Assembly: GCA_051885355.1 (NCBI GenBank)
Contig: JBJEXC010000002.1
Span: forward strand, 10,496-74,495
Source: Alphaproteobacteria bacterium
GTDB lineage: Bacteria > Pseudomonadota > Alphaproteobacteria > Rs-D84 > CACZYB01
Reading direction: 5' to 3'
Length of the DNA: 64,000 nt
Shown here piece by piece: positions 18,966-27,560 of this stretch (within the stretch, counting starts at the first letter, position 1; each line of letters begins with the position of its first letter). The notes beneath the pieces were generated by a model. It was not told the origin of the DNA and did no database searches. It worked only from the letters and a program-made list of their open reading frames with translations. The position numbers and the translations under genes are program-made.

Positions 18966-20690
18966 CTATTTAAGTCCGAAATGGATTTTCTTATTTAATT
19001 TAGATGGAGTTAAATATTCTTTGGATTTGGTAGTTGCTAAATAATTTAGTGCCTTTTTCCATTCGTAAATAGCCTCTTGTTTTCGACCTAAAGTCCAGTA
19101 AATATCACCAAGATGATCAATAATAATTGCATTTTTTGGTTGAAGTGTTTTTGCATATTCTACCATTTTTAAGGCATCATCAAATTTACCCAATTTAAAA
19201 TATGCCCAACCATAGGTATCAAGGTAATATGGATTTAGCGGTTCGTATCCTACTACTTGTTCAGCAAGTTTAAATGCATTCTCTACATCTTCATTATTTA
19301 AAAGTAGGAAATATGAATAATAATTTAAAATTACTGGATTTTTAGGACTTAAAACTACGGCTTGTTCTAAATCTTTTTTTGCCTCATTTGTTTTTTTCAA
19401 AGTATCGTAACAAACGCCCCTTGCAAAATAAAGTTCTGATTTTAAAATTTTATTATCATTTGCTTGGTCTATACCGGCTGTGTAATATTCTATTGCTTTA
19501 TCACAATCATTTTTATCTTCATAATAATCGCCAAGATTTTGATAGAGTTGCAAAATAGCCGGATTTTGTTTTATTAAATCCTTGTATAAAGCAACTGCTT
19601 CAAATTGATGTTCTGGTTGCTTTAATAAAAATGCAGCATAATTTATTTTATTTATCAAACTTAGATAATTTTCAGTTGGGACAGATTCTGATATAGATTT
19701 ATATTCGTTAAACTTATTATATTTTCTGAAAATTTCCGCCTTCATAATTTGTGCCATATAAAAATTGCTATCTAAATTTAGAACCATATCTATATACATA
19801 AGGTATAAATCAGTTGCGGAAGGGAATAAAGTGACAATTATATTTGAAATATCAAAAATAGATTTTGCCATTCCTTTTTGTGGAGTATCTATATAATAAG
19901 GTGTGTAAGTATCATTTTCAATAGCCTTTAATAAAGATGTAGCAGAGATAGAATTAGGTGCCTTTTTTAGATACTGCATTACTACATCGATTGCTTTTTG
20001 CTTACGGTTATTTTTTAAATAAAAATTAACAATTGTTTCAATATCAAGCAAATTTAGTGATGTTGTTTGAGCCTCTTCATATAACTCCTCGGCATAATCA
20101 TTATCATTTGAAAGTTCGGCTTGAATAGCTAAATTCATTAAAATAACATTATCAAAAGCAGGGTTATTTATTTCTGTTTCCAATAAATCCATCGCTTTAT
20201 CGTTTTTATTTTGAGCTATTAAAACCCAACTTTTTAATAACTTTATCATAAAAGTATCTGATTTATTTTTTATGTTATTAAGTTTATTGTAGGCATCATT
20301 ATAATTACCATTTTTGAAATCTACATAACTGAGATAAATAGTAGCAATAACATTTGATGGATTTTTTTCAAGTTCTTTTTGTGCATTTTTAACCGCAATC
20401 TCTTCATTATCTTTTGCATTAATTATATATGATTTACCAAGGAAGTCATTTCCATTTTGAGAAACTGCCTCATTATAAAATTTGTTAAGATTGAAATAAT
20501 CGCCCATAACTTCGGCACGAAAACTTGAAAGATAAAGGCCATATTTATTATCTTTAAAATCTACACCATTATAACCTGTTGATTTTTCATCAATTTTTAC
20601 AGGATGAATAAAAAAACTTAATACTAAAAATATAAATATTAAAGCAAGGACAAATCTTCTTATATATTTTTTTAAACTTTTATTTTGCAT
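18966..20690 (-). CDS. TPR-repeat protein with N-terminal signal/anchor
   Basis: 574 aa; N-terminal hydrophobic segment; multiple TPR-like repeats (…AIEYYTAGIDQ…, …DALKMVEYAKTLQPKNA…). Confidence 0.6.
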   Translation of the reverse strand: MQNKSLKKYIRRFVLALIFIFLVLSFFIHPVKIDEKSTGYNGVDFKDNKYGLYLSSFRAEVMGDYFNLNKFYNEAVSQNGNDFLGKSYIINAKDNEEIAVKNAQKELEKNPSNVIATIYLSYVDFKNGNYNDAYNKLNNIKNKSDTFMIKLLKSWVLIAQNKNDKAMDLLETEINNPAFDNVILMNLAIQAELSNDNDYAEELYEEAQTTSLNLLDIETIVNFYLKNNRKQKAIDVVMQYLKKAPNSISATSLLKAIENDTYTPYYIDTPQKGMAKSIFDISNIIVTLFPSATDLYLMYIDMVLNLDSNFYMAQIMKAEIFRKYNKFNEYKSISESVPTENYLSLINKINYAAFLLKQPEHQFEAVALYKDLIKQNPAILQLYQNLGDYYEDKNDCDKAIEYYTAGIDQANDNKILKSELYFARGVCYDTLKKTNEAKKDLEQAVVLSPKNPVILNYYSYFLLLNNEDVENAFKLAEQVVGYEPLNPYYLDTYGWAYFKLGKFDDALKMVEYAKTLQPKNAIIIDHLGDIYWTLGRKQEAIYEWKKALNYLATTKSKEYLTPSKLNKKIHFGLK

Positions 20691-20760
20691 AATTGTTTCT
20701 TTCTGTTATTATTTAAAAATAATTATAACACAAAATTAAAATTAAAAAAAGAGTAAATAA

Positions 20761-21321
20761 TTGAAAAATTACAATAAAAAAGATTTTGATAAATATGTTG
20801 AAATTTTGCTTAAATGGCAAAAATCAATAAATCTTATAAGTCCTAATACTATACCTGTATTATGGGAAAGGCATTTTGAGGATAGTCTTTCGCTATATGA
20901 TTATGTTAAGGATAAAGAAAATATTTTTGATATAGGAAGTGGTGGAGGATTTCCTGCACTTGTTTTAAGTATTGCAGGAATAAAAAATATTACCGTTGTG
21001 GAAAGTGATAAAAGAAAATACTTATTTTTAAATGAGATTAAACGCGCTTATAACCTTGATGTAAAAATTATAAATGATAGAGTGGAAAATCTAATCTTTG
21101 AAAATAAAAATTGTATAATAGGAAGAGCGTTTGCTCCTCTTGATAAATTTCTTAATTTATGTTCTGGGATTATAAATAAAGATAGCGAAATGATTTTATT
21201 AAAAGGAACAAATATAAATACTGAAATAAAAAACTCACAAAAAGACTGGAATTTTGATTATAAATTATATAAAAACAACGATGGATTTATAATTTATGTT
21301 TCAAATATAAGTAAAAAATAA
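20761..21321 (+). CDS. rsmG: 16S rRNA (guanine527-N7)-methyltransferase RsmG (GidB)
   Basis: SAM-binding DIGSGGGFPALVL; TTG start; conserved position upstream of parAB. Confidence 0.75.
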   Translation: MKNYNKKDFDKYVEILLKWQKSINLISPNTIPVLWERHFEDSLSLYDYVKDKENIFDIGSGGGFPALVLSIAGIKNITVVESDKRKYLFLNEIKRAYNLDVKIINDRVENLIFENKNCIIGRAFAPLDKFLNLCSGIINKDSEMILLKGTNINTEIKNSQKDWNFDYKLYKNNDGFIIYVSNISKK

Positions 21322-21334
21322 TGTTAATAAAAAA

Positions 21335-21350
21335 TGTTTCACGTGAAACA
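21335..21350. promoter_or_regulatory. parS: parS centromere site
   Basis: Perfect 16-bp palindrome TGTTTCACGTGAAACA, matching the parS consensus. It lies between rsmG and parA. Confidence 0.85.
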
Positions 21351-21500
21351 ATTTAGCATATTTTTATGTAAAATCAATAACTTAATTTTTCAAAATTTTG
21401 TAATATATTGTTAATAACTTTTTTATTTATAAAAATGGCTTGCAAAGTTTTTGTAAAAATATTATATTTATAATATGAATTTTCAAAATATGGAGGAAAA

Positions 21501-22310
21501 ATGAGCATATTTCAAAATACAAAAATCATTTCAATAACAAATCAAAAGGGCGGGGTTGGTAAAACAACAACTGCTGTTAATCTTGCAACTGCACTTGCAA
21601 GTGTAGATAAAAAAGTTTTGGTAATTGATTTTGATCCACAAGGAAATGCAAGTACTGGACTTGGAATAGAACAAAACGACAGGATTAAAGATATTTATTC
21701 TTTATTATTTGAAAAGAATACTTTTAAAGATTCTATAAAACAAACAAAAATTAAAAATCTTGATGTAATTCCTGCATCTATTGATTTATCGGCTGCGGAA
21801 ATAGAATTATCAAATGTAGAGGATAAAACATTAAAACTTAGAAATTTATTTAAGAAAAATGTTTTTCTTTCACAATATGATTATATATTTATTGATTGTC
21901 CGCCGGCTCTTGGTTATTTAACTATAAACGCCTTGGGTGCTTCTGATTCAGTGATTATACCTTTACAATGTGAATTTTTTGCGTTGGAAGGTGTAAGTCA
22001 TCTTATGAACACAATTCAACTAGTTCAACAAAATATAAATAGTGAGTTGAAAATAGAAGGTGTAATTCTTACTATGTATGATAAAAGGAATAAACTTTCC
22101 GAACTTGTTGAAAAAGATGTAAGAAATTGTTTTGGGGAGTTTGTTTTTGATACAATTATTCCAAGAAATGTCAGAGTATCAGAGGCTCCTTCACATGGAA
22201 AACCAGTGATTTTGTATGATTTTGATTGTGCTGGAAGTCAATCTTATATAAATTTGGCTGCTGAATTTTTAACAAGAAATGAAAATAAAAATTTAAGAAA
22301 GGTTGCGTAA
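21501..22310 (+). CDS. parA: chromosome partitioning ATPase ParA (Soj)
   Basis: Deviant Walker A KGGVGKTT; 269 aa. Confidence 0.9.
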   Translation: MSIFQNTKIISITNQKGGVGKTTTAVNLATALASVDKKVLVIDFDPQGNASTGLGIEQNDRIKDIYSLLFEKNTFKDSIKQTKIKNLDVIPASIDLSAAEIELSNVEDKTLKLRNLFKKNVFLSQYDYIFIDCPPALGYLTINALGASDSVIIPLQCEFFALEGVSHLMNTIQLVQQNINSELKIEGVILTMYDKRNKLSELVEKDVRNCFGEFVFDTIIPRNVRVSEAPSHGKPVILYDFDCAGSQSYINLAAEFLTRNENKNLRKVA

Positions 22311-23213
22311 ATGAAAGTTGAAAATAGATTAGGGAAGGGATTGTCCGCCTTCTTTGAAAATAAAAATCAAGCGGTTCCTGTTTTTAATAACACAACTCAA
22401 GAAATTGTTGATACTTCTGTAAATGAAGTAAAAGAAAATTTGGAAAAGAACGGGATTTTATATATTCCTGTTGGAAATATTGTTGCAAATCCAAATCAAC
22501 CAAGAAAAGAGTTTAAAGAGGAACAACTTCGCGAACTTGCTCTTTCTATTGAAAAAAATGGCGTGTTGCAACCTATTTTAGTAAGGAAAACTTCTACACC
22601 AAATCAATTTGAAATTATTGCTGGTGAAAGAAGATGGAGAGCAGCAAACCTTGCTGGAATTTACGAAATCCCTGCTATTTTAAAAGATTTATCAGATAAA
22701 GAAACTTTTGAAATAGGATTGATTGAAAATTTACAACGCGAAAATCTTTCTCCGATAGAAGAGGGTAATGGTTATAAAAAACTTATGATAGATTTTGGTT
22801 ATACTCAAGAAGATATTGCAAAGTTGATAAATAAAAGTCGCTCTTATGTTGCGAATATTTTGCGACTTCTTGCTCTTCCAAAAGATGTGCAAGAAATGAT
22901 TTCTGATGGAAGGTTATCTTATACTGTTGCAAGAACTTTGATTGGAGAGGAAAATCCTTCTAAAAAAGCAAAATCTCTTATCAAAGGGGATATTAATGCT
23001 AGGGATGCTGAGAAGATGAAAGAGAACATTCCTGTAAATCATAAATCTTCTGATGAGCTTAATCCTGAACTTATATCTCTCAAAGATAATTTGATGGAAC
23101 ACCTTGGTGTGAATGTTGATATTAAATGTAAAAATAACAAAGGTGAGGTTATCATAAAGTTTAAGGATTTAGGTGAACTTGATACACTTATGACTAAACT
23201 AAATAATATATAA
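22311..23213 (+). CDS. parB: chromosome partitioning protein ParB (Spo0J)
   Basis: ParB box GERRWRAA and an HTH region; translationally coupled to parA. Confidence 0.9.
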   Translation: MKVENRLGKGLSAFFENKNQAVPVFNNTTQEIVDTSVNEVKENLEKNGILYIPVGNIVANPNQPRKEFKEEQLRELALSIEKNGVLQPILVRKTSTPNQFEIIAGERRWRAANLAGIYEIPAILKDLSDKETFEIGLIENLQRENLSPIEEGNGYKKLMIDFGYTQEDIAKLINKSRSYVANILRLLALPKDVQEMISDGRLSYTVARTLIGEENPSKKAKSLIKGDINARDAEKMKENIPVNHKSSDELNPELISLKDNLMEHLGVNVDIKCKNNKGEVIIKFKDLGELDTLMTKLNNI

Positions 23214-23268
23214 TAAATATTGTTTTTGTTGGTCGTGTGGAAATTGTTAATTACTTTTTATTAACAGG

Positions 23269-23371
23269 TTATTCACAGAAAAAATTTAAAAAATAGAAAA
23301 AGAGTCCTTTTAAACTGGGATTCTTTTTTTATTTATTCACAGAATTTTGGTAAAGTGTAGAGTTATTCACA
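23269..23371 (+). promoter_or_regulatory. cluster of three DnaA-box 9-mers (TTATTCACA = TTATNCACA)
   Basis: Identical 9-mers at 23269-23277, 23333-23341 and 23363-23371, all in the same orientation, within an AT-rich 247-bp intergenic region. Confidence 0.45.
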
Positions 23372-23432
23372 TGTTTATAAAATTGTTTATTGATTTGTGT
23401 ATAGTTTGCTTTTATACTTTTTTACAAAGTTA

Positions 23433-23448
23433 TTAACAATTTATTAAC
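23433..23448 (+). promoter_or_regulatory. CtrA-box-like motif TTAA-N7-TTAAC
   Basis: ttaacaatttattaac matches the CtrA consensus exactly. It is flanked by a repeated 11-mer ttattaacagg (23258-23268 and 23441-23451). Confidence 0.4.
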
Positions 23449-23459
23449 AGGATTTTTTT

Positions 23460-23675
23460 ATGAGTGTGAAAATAGGTGGGATTTATAAGCATTATAAGGG
23501 AAATTTGTATGAAGTTTTAGCAATTGCAAAGCATAGTGAAACTTTGGAGGATATGGTTGTATATAAAGCTTTATATGGGGAAGGTTTGGTTTGGGTGCGA
23601 CCTTTATCTATGTTTGAGGAGGAAGTTCTTAAAGATAGAGTTGTCGTTAAAAGGTTTGAATTGGTTGAAAAATAG
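23460..23675 (+). CDS. DUF1653-family small protein
   Basis: 71 aa; GIYKHYKGNLYEV…HSETLEDMVVYKALYG…WVRPLSMF matches the DUF1653 pattern. Confidence 0.6.
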   Translation: MSVKIGGIYKHYKGNLYEVLAIAKHSETLEDMVVYKALYGEGLVWVRPLSMFEEEVLKDRVVVKRFELVEK

Positions 23676-23724
23676 TTTTTTTGCTTGATTTTTATAAAAA
23701 CGGTAGTATATTTGTTTTCATTAT

Positions 23725-23799
23725 TGGGGTGTCGCCAAGTGGTAAGGCAGCGGGTTTTGGTTCCGCCATTCGTTGGTTCGAATCCAGCCACCCCAGCCA
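23725..23799 (+). tRNA. tRNA-Gln (anticodon TTG)
   Basis: TGGGGTGTCGCCAAGTGGTAAGGCAGCGGGTTTTGGTTCCGCCATTCGTTGGTTCGAATCCAGCCACCCCAGCCA. Anticodon stem is GCGGG/TCCGC and the loop is TTTTGGT. CCA is encoded. Confidence 0.9.
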
Positions 23800-23993
23800 A
23801 GAGGTTTCAATATTTTATTATCTGATACCATATATCAAAAGGATATTCAAAGTGGAAATTATCAAATACGAAGACAGAATTACTCATCCGGCACAAAATA
23901 TTTTAATAACATCTGCTCTTGAAGATGCTAAGACTAACAAAAAATAATATTAGCACTGACTTAGGAGAAAATTTTATGAAGTATCAATTTATT

Positions 23994-24773
23994 TTACTGT
24001 TTTGTTGTTAATATTTTTCTTATCTCTGTTCGGAATTGGTTTGCATTATTAGAGGTTTTTGCTACACTATGAGGTGTGTTTTTTAATATTATAAATTCTT
24101 TTTCACAATTTAATTTTTTATAAAGTTTATTATTATCATCAAGTCTTATTTTATTTTCCAAATCCCCAATTATTAAAATAGTTTTTGCTGTTATTTTATT
24201 TGCTTTTTTTAAAAAATTATGTTTTTTTAAATCTTTAATAAAATTATATGGAATATATAAGGATTTGTTTCTTGATTTTGAAAATTTATTAAAAAAACCT
24301 GTATTTTTCCAATTTTTTATTGTTTGAATATCGGTTTGTTTTAATTTTGATGTAATATTTAACCATGGGAAAGATATAAGTAATAGTAAATTTACTTCTT
24401 TGGGAAAATTTTCAGTATAATAAAGAATAGAACAAGCTCCTAAAGAATGTCCTGCTAATGTAAAAGGTTCTTTATAAAAGGATTGAGTTTTAGCCCATTT
24501 TATAACATCTGTTAAATCATTATAATGTCCTGAAAATGTTAATCCTTCTGGTGTTGAATCACTTTCATTAATAGAATTGGTTGCATCCATATTTATGACT
24601 GTATATCCTGCTTTTGATAATTCATATTCTAATATTAATATATGTTTTTCATCTTTACAGCCAGAAAGTCCATGTTCTATTATTGCAAGTTTATCTGTAT
24701 TATTGGGTTTAGTAATACGGATAGATAAATTAAAACCATTTCTGTTTTTTATTATAGTTGTATATTTTTTCAT
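23994..24773 (-). CDS. alpha/beta-fold serine hydrolase
   Basis: 259 aa; GHSLG nucleophile elbow (LAGHSLGACS). Confidence 0.6.
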   Translation of the reverse strand: MKKYTTIIKNRNGFNLSIRITKPNNTDKLAIIEHGLSGCKDEKHILILEYELSKAGYTVINMDATNSINESDSTPEGLTFSGHYNDLTDVIKWAKTQSFYKEPFTLAGHSLGACSILYYTENFPKEVNLLLLISFPWLNITSKLKQTDIQTIKNWKNTGFFNKFSKSRNKSLYIPYNFIKDLKKHNFLKKANKITAKTILIIGDLENKIRLDDNNKLYKKLNCEKEFIILKNTPHSVAKTSNNANQFRTEIRKILTTKQ

Positions 24774-24894
24774 TTTACATATAATCCTTTGAATTTATTA
24801 TATATATTTTTTTGAATTTTTAAAGTAGATTTATATTGAATTTGCGGTATTTTTTACTATATTGTTATTAATATAACAAAATAAAGGTAGTTTT

Positions 24895-25536
24895 ATGAGT
24901 GATAAATTGAAGCCTAATCCTTATCAAATATTTCCAGTAAAAGGTTGTGATAGTGTGACTTATATTAAGCCTACTATTAAAAATCCAAATATTATTGTTG
25001 GGGAGTTTTCTTATTTTAGTGATGTTGATTTTGAAAAGCATATAACTCATTTTTATGATTTTAATGGCGATAAACTTATTATAGGAAAGTTTTGTCAGAT
25101 TGCCTCTGGTGTAAATTTTGTTATGAATGGGGCGAATCATCAGATGAATGCTGTATCTACTTATCCTTTTTATATTTTTAATGGCTGGGATGAGGAAGTT
25201 CTTTCTGTTTCCTCTTTGCCTATAAAGGGGGATACTGTTGTTGGAAATGATGTTTGGATAGGGCAGAATGCAACAATACTTCCTGGTGTTCATATAGGTG
25301 ATGGTGCGATTATAGGGATGAATAGTGTAGTTGGTAGTGATGTTGAGCCATATAGTATAGTGGTTGGAAATCCAGCAAGACAAATTCGTAAGCGTTTTGA
25401 TGATGAACTGATAGAATTGATGCTTAAATTTAAGTGGTGGGATAAAAGTATAGATGAGATAAACTCTCTTATACCTATACTTACTTGTAGTGATTTAGAG
25501 AAAGTTAAAAATAAGTTGAAAGAATTAATAAAATAA
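24895..25536 (+). CDS. Vat-family xenobiotic (streptogramin A-type) O-acetyltransferase, hexapeptide-repeat
   Basis: 213 aa; near-colinear with Vat/CatB-type enzymes (…IGKFCQIASGVNFVMNGANHQMNAVSTYPF…IKGDTVVGNDVWIGQNATILPGVHIGDGAIIG…GNPARQIRKRFDD…KWWD). Confidence 0.75.
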   Translation: MSDKLKPNPYQIFPVKGCDSVTYIKPTIKNPNIIVGEFSYFSDVDFEKHITHFYDFNGDKLIIGKFCQIASGVNFVMNGANHQMNAVSTYPFYIFNGWDEEVLSVSSLPIKGDTVVGNDVWIGQNATILPGVHIGDGAIIGMNSVVGSDVEPYSIVVGNPARQIRKRFDDELIELMLKFKWWDKSIDEINSLIPILTCSDLEKVKNKLKELIK

Positions 25537-25542
25537 AAAAAA

Positions 25543-25566
25543 TCCCCCGAAATGGGGGAGTTTTTA
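25543..25566. terminator. bidirectional rho-independent terminator
   Basis: tccccc-gaaat-ggggga hairpin, T-run downstream, A-run upstream; sits between convergent vat-like and hsp20 genes. Confidence 0.6.
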
Positions 25567-26031
25567 TTCGCCTTTTACTTCTATTTTTTTGCGATTTTCA
25601 AGTTGATTTAATTTTGGTGCATCTATTTTTAAAACACCCTTTTTAAATGAGGCTGAAACCTTATCTATATCAATTTCTGATGGAAGTGAAATAGTTCTTT
25701 CTACCATTCCGTAACTTCTTTCTGAAAAATAGTGATTTTTGCTTTTTTCTTCGTTTGATGATTTCTTTTCACCGCGGATTGTTAGGTATCCATCTTTTGA
25801 AATATCTATTTCTATATCCTTTTCATCCATTCCTGGAAGTTCGGCTGTTACTTGGATATCTTTATCGTTTTCAATTACTTCTATTTTTGGTTCTAAAATT
25901 TGATGTGTGTGTATAGGGAAATCGAAAACATCAAGAAAGTTATCGAATACTCTATTTACTTCATTTTGAAGCATATTATAGTTGTTATTGTGATTTTTGA
26001 CGGCTAAGTTTTTACATTTGTTACATACCAT
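25564..26031 (-). CDS. Hsp20/alpha-crystallin family small heat-shock protein
   Basis: 155 aa; alpha-crystallin domain (…AELPGMDEKDIEI…GVLKIDAPK). Confidence 0.85.
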   Translation of the reverse strand: MVCNKCKNLAVKNHNNNYNMLQNEVNRVFDNFLDVFDFPIHTHQILEPKIEVIENDKDIQVTAELPGMDEKDIEIDISKDGYLTIRGEKKSSNEEKSKNHYFSERSYGMVERTISLPSEIDIDKVSASFKKGVLKIDAPKLNQLENRKKIEVKGE

Positions 26032-26232
26032 TTTTATCTCCTTTGTGTTTGGTTGTTACAATAAATTATATAAGTTTGAGAGAGTATTTTATTCAAGGGG
26101 ATTAGAATTTATTCTTTAAAAAATTAAGTAAAATCAACGAAATAAAATATTTTTATATTTTTAGGAAAAAATTATTTAAAAAGTTGAGTAAGTAGTATAT
26201 AATTTTACTGTTTAACAATTAAAGGAGAAAAA

Positions 26233-26499
26233 ATGAAGAAATTTTTAATTATTGCAATGATGGTTGCAAGTTGTTCAACAATGCAATCAAAAATTGGTGC
26301 AGAAAATAATCAAAAGGTTCAATGCGTTTCTGCTATGACTTTGACTATTGGTGCAACCTGTTCAAATGAAAAGGCTTGTATAAAAAAGAAATTGGAAAAG
26401 AATTATAGGGCAATTTCAAATAAATGTAATTTGACAAGTGTTCAGGAATTGATTTCTTTGTATGATAATATACAATTTATGAAAAATCTTTCAGAATAA
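26233..26499 (+). CDS. small lipoprotein (hypothetical)
   Basis: Signal peptide with lipobox VASC; 88 aa; no other motif. Confidence 0.4.
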   Translation: MKKFLIIAMMVASCSTMQSKIGAENNQKVQCVSAMTLTIGATCSNEKACIKKKLEKNYRAISNKCNLTSVQELISLYDNIQFMKNLSE

Positions 26500-26504
26500 A
26501 AAAG

Positions 26505-26530
26505 AAGGGCTGTTTTAAGGCCCTTTTTTT
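26505..26530. terminator. rho-independent terminator
   Basis: aagggc-tgttttaag-gccctt hairpin followed by T6. Confidence 0.5.
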
Positions 26531-26825
26531 AATATTCATCGTCGTCATATTGGTTTTTTGAAGATATTGTTTCGTCGTTATCCATATCAAAAAACATTTC
26601 TGATTCTGATAAATCTATTTCATTGTCGTTTATATCTATATTATCAATGATTTTATCATCATCATTTACTTTGTTTTCGACTTTCTTTTTTTTCTTTATA
26701 AATTCAAGTTCGTCATCCTTTGAAAGAGTTTTTTTACATTTAGGGCAGTTTATTACTTCCTTATTCATATCATAAAAAATTGCATTACAGAAAGGACATA
26801 TATGTTTTTTACCTCTAATATCCAT
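26529..26825 (-). CDS. FYDLN_acid-type zinc-ribbon protein with acidic C-terminal tail
   Basis: CPFC…FYDMN…CPKC zinc ribbon, then a D/E-rich tail; resembles the alphaproteobacterial TIGR02300-like family. Confidence 0.5.
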   Translation of the reverse strand: MDIRGKKHICPFCNAIFYDMNKEVINCPKCKKTLSKDDELEFIKKKKKVENKVNDDDKIIDNIDINDNEIDLSESEMFFDMDNDETISSKNQYDDDEY

Positions 26826-26895
26826 TTGATGCCTCCGGATTTATGTTAATTTAAGTTGAAAATACATACATATTTATATAAATGTCAAGAGAAAA

Positions 26896-27552
26896 TTACC
26901 AGGATGAGCAAGAATTTTTTATACGGATATATTCTTCATCTGAATCGTGGGCTAAATTTTTATCTATTATTGCCTGTTCTAGGCGGTTTTTGAGTATATT
27001 TAGTTTTTCATCATTTTTTAATAGAATATCGATTTTTTTATTTATTTTTGTTTTTGTTGTATCGGAGGAGGTTAGAAATGGTTTTAAATTTTCAATTAAG
27101 ATTTTCATTTCATCAGTGATAAGTTTGCCGTAGTATTTAAGTTCTTCCTGATAAATATTTATATGACCTTGTTCGTGTTTTTTTATTTCATTGTATTGAC
27201 AGGTATTTTCTTTGTATTTTTCATCTATTATTACATCAAGGGAGTTATATCCTATGTTAAAATCAATAGTATTTATATTTACGCATATTCCGTTTGGTGT
27301 GGGATTTTTATCTATAGTTATAGAGTATTGAATTTGAAAATCTGCTATAGTTAGTCCCATAGTGCGTAGTGGGTTTTTGAGCCCCGATACAGCGATAATT
27401 GCTTCTTTTGGGACAAGTGTATAGGAAGGTGTGCCATAATTGATTGTAGTTGTGATTTTTGGTGTTGTTTTGAATTGGTCGCATTCTGAGTATGCAAATG
27501 TTGGAGTTGAAGTTAATAAAAATAGAGCGATTTTGATAAAATTGCTTTTCAT
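26896..27552 (-). CDS. secreted DUF922-like putative Zn-dependent protease
   Basis: Signal peptide and an HEQGH (HExxH) motif; 218 aa. Confidence 0.45.
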   Translation of the reverse strand: MKSNFIKIALFLLTSTPTFAYSECDQFKTTPKITTTINYGTPSYTLVPKEAIIAVSGLKNPLRTMGLTIADFQIQYSITIDKNPTPNGICVNINTIDFNIGYNSLDVIIDEKYKENTCQYNEIKKHEQGHINIYQEELKYYGKLITDEMKILIENLKPFLTSSDTTKTKINKKIDILLKNDEKLNILKNRLEQAIIDKNLAHDSDEEYIRIKNSCSSW

Positions 27553-27560
27553 TTTAGTGC

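Noticed and set aside
23492-23947. ORFs of 102 aa (minus) and 88 aa (plus) overlapping tRNA-Gln(TTG)
   Set aside because: They overlap a confidently folded tRNA gene and have low-complexity products, so they are spurious.
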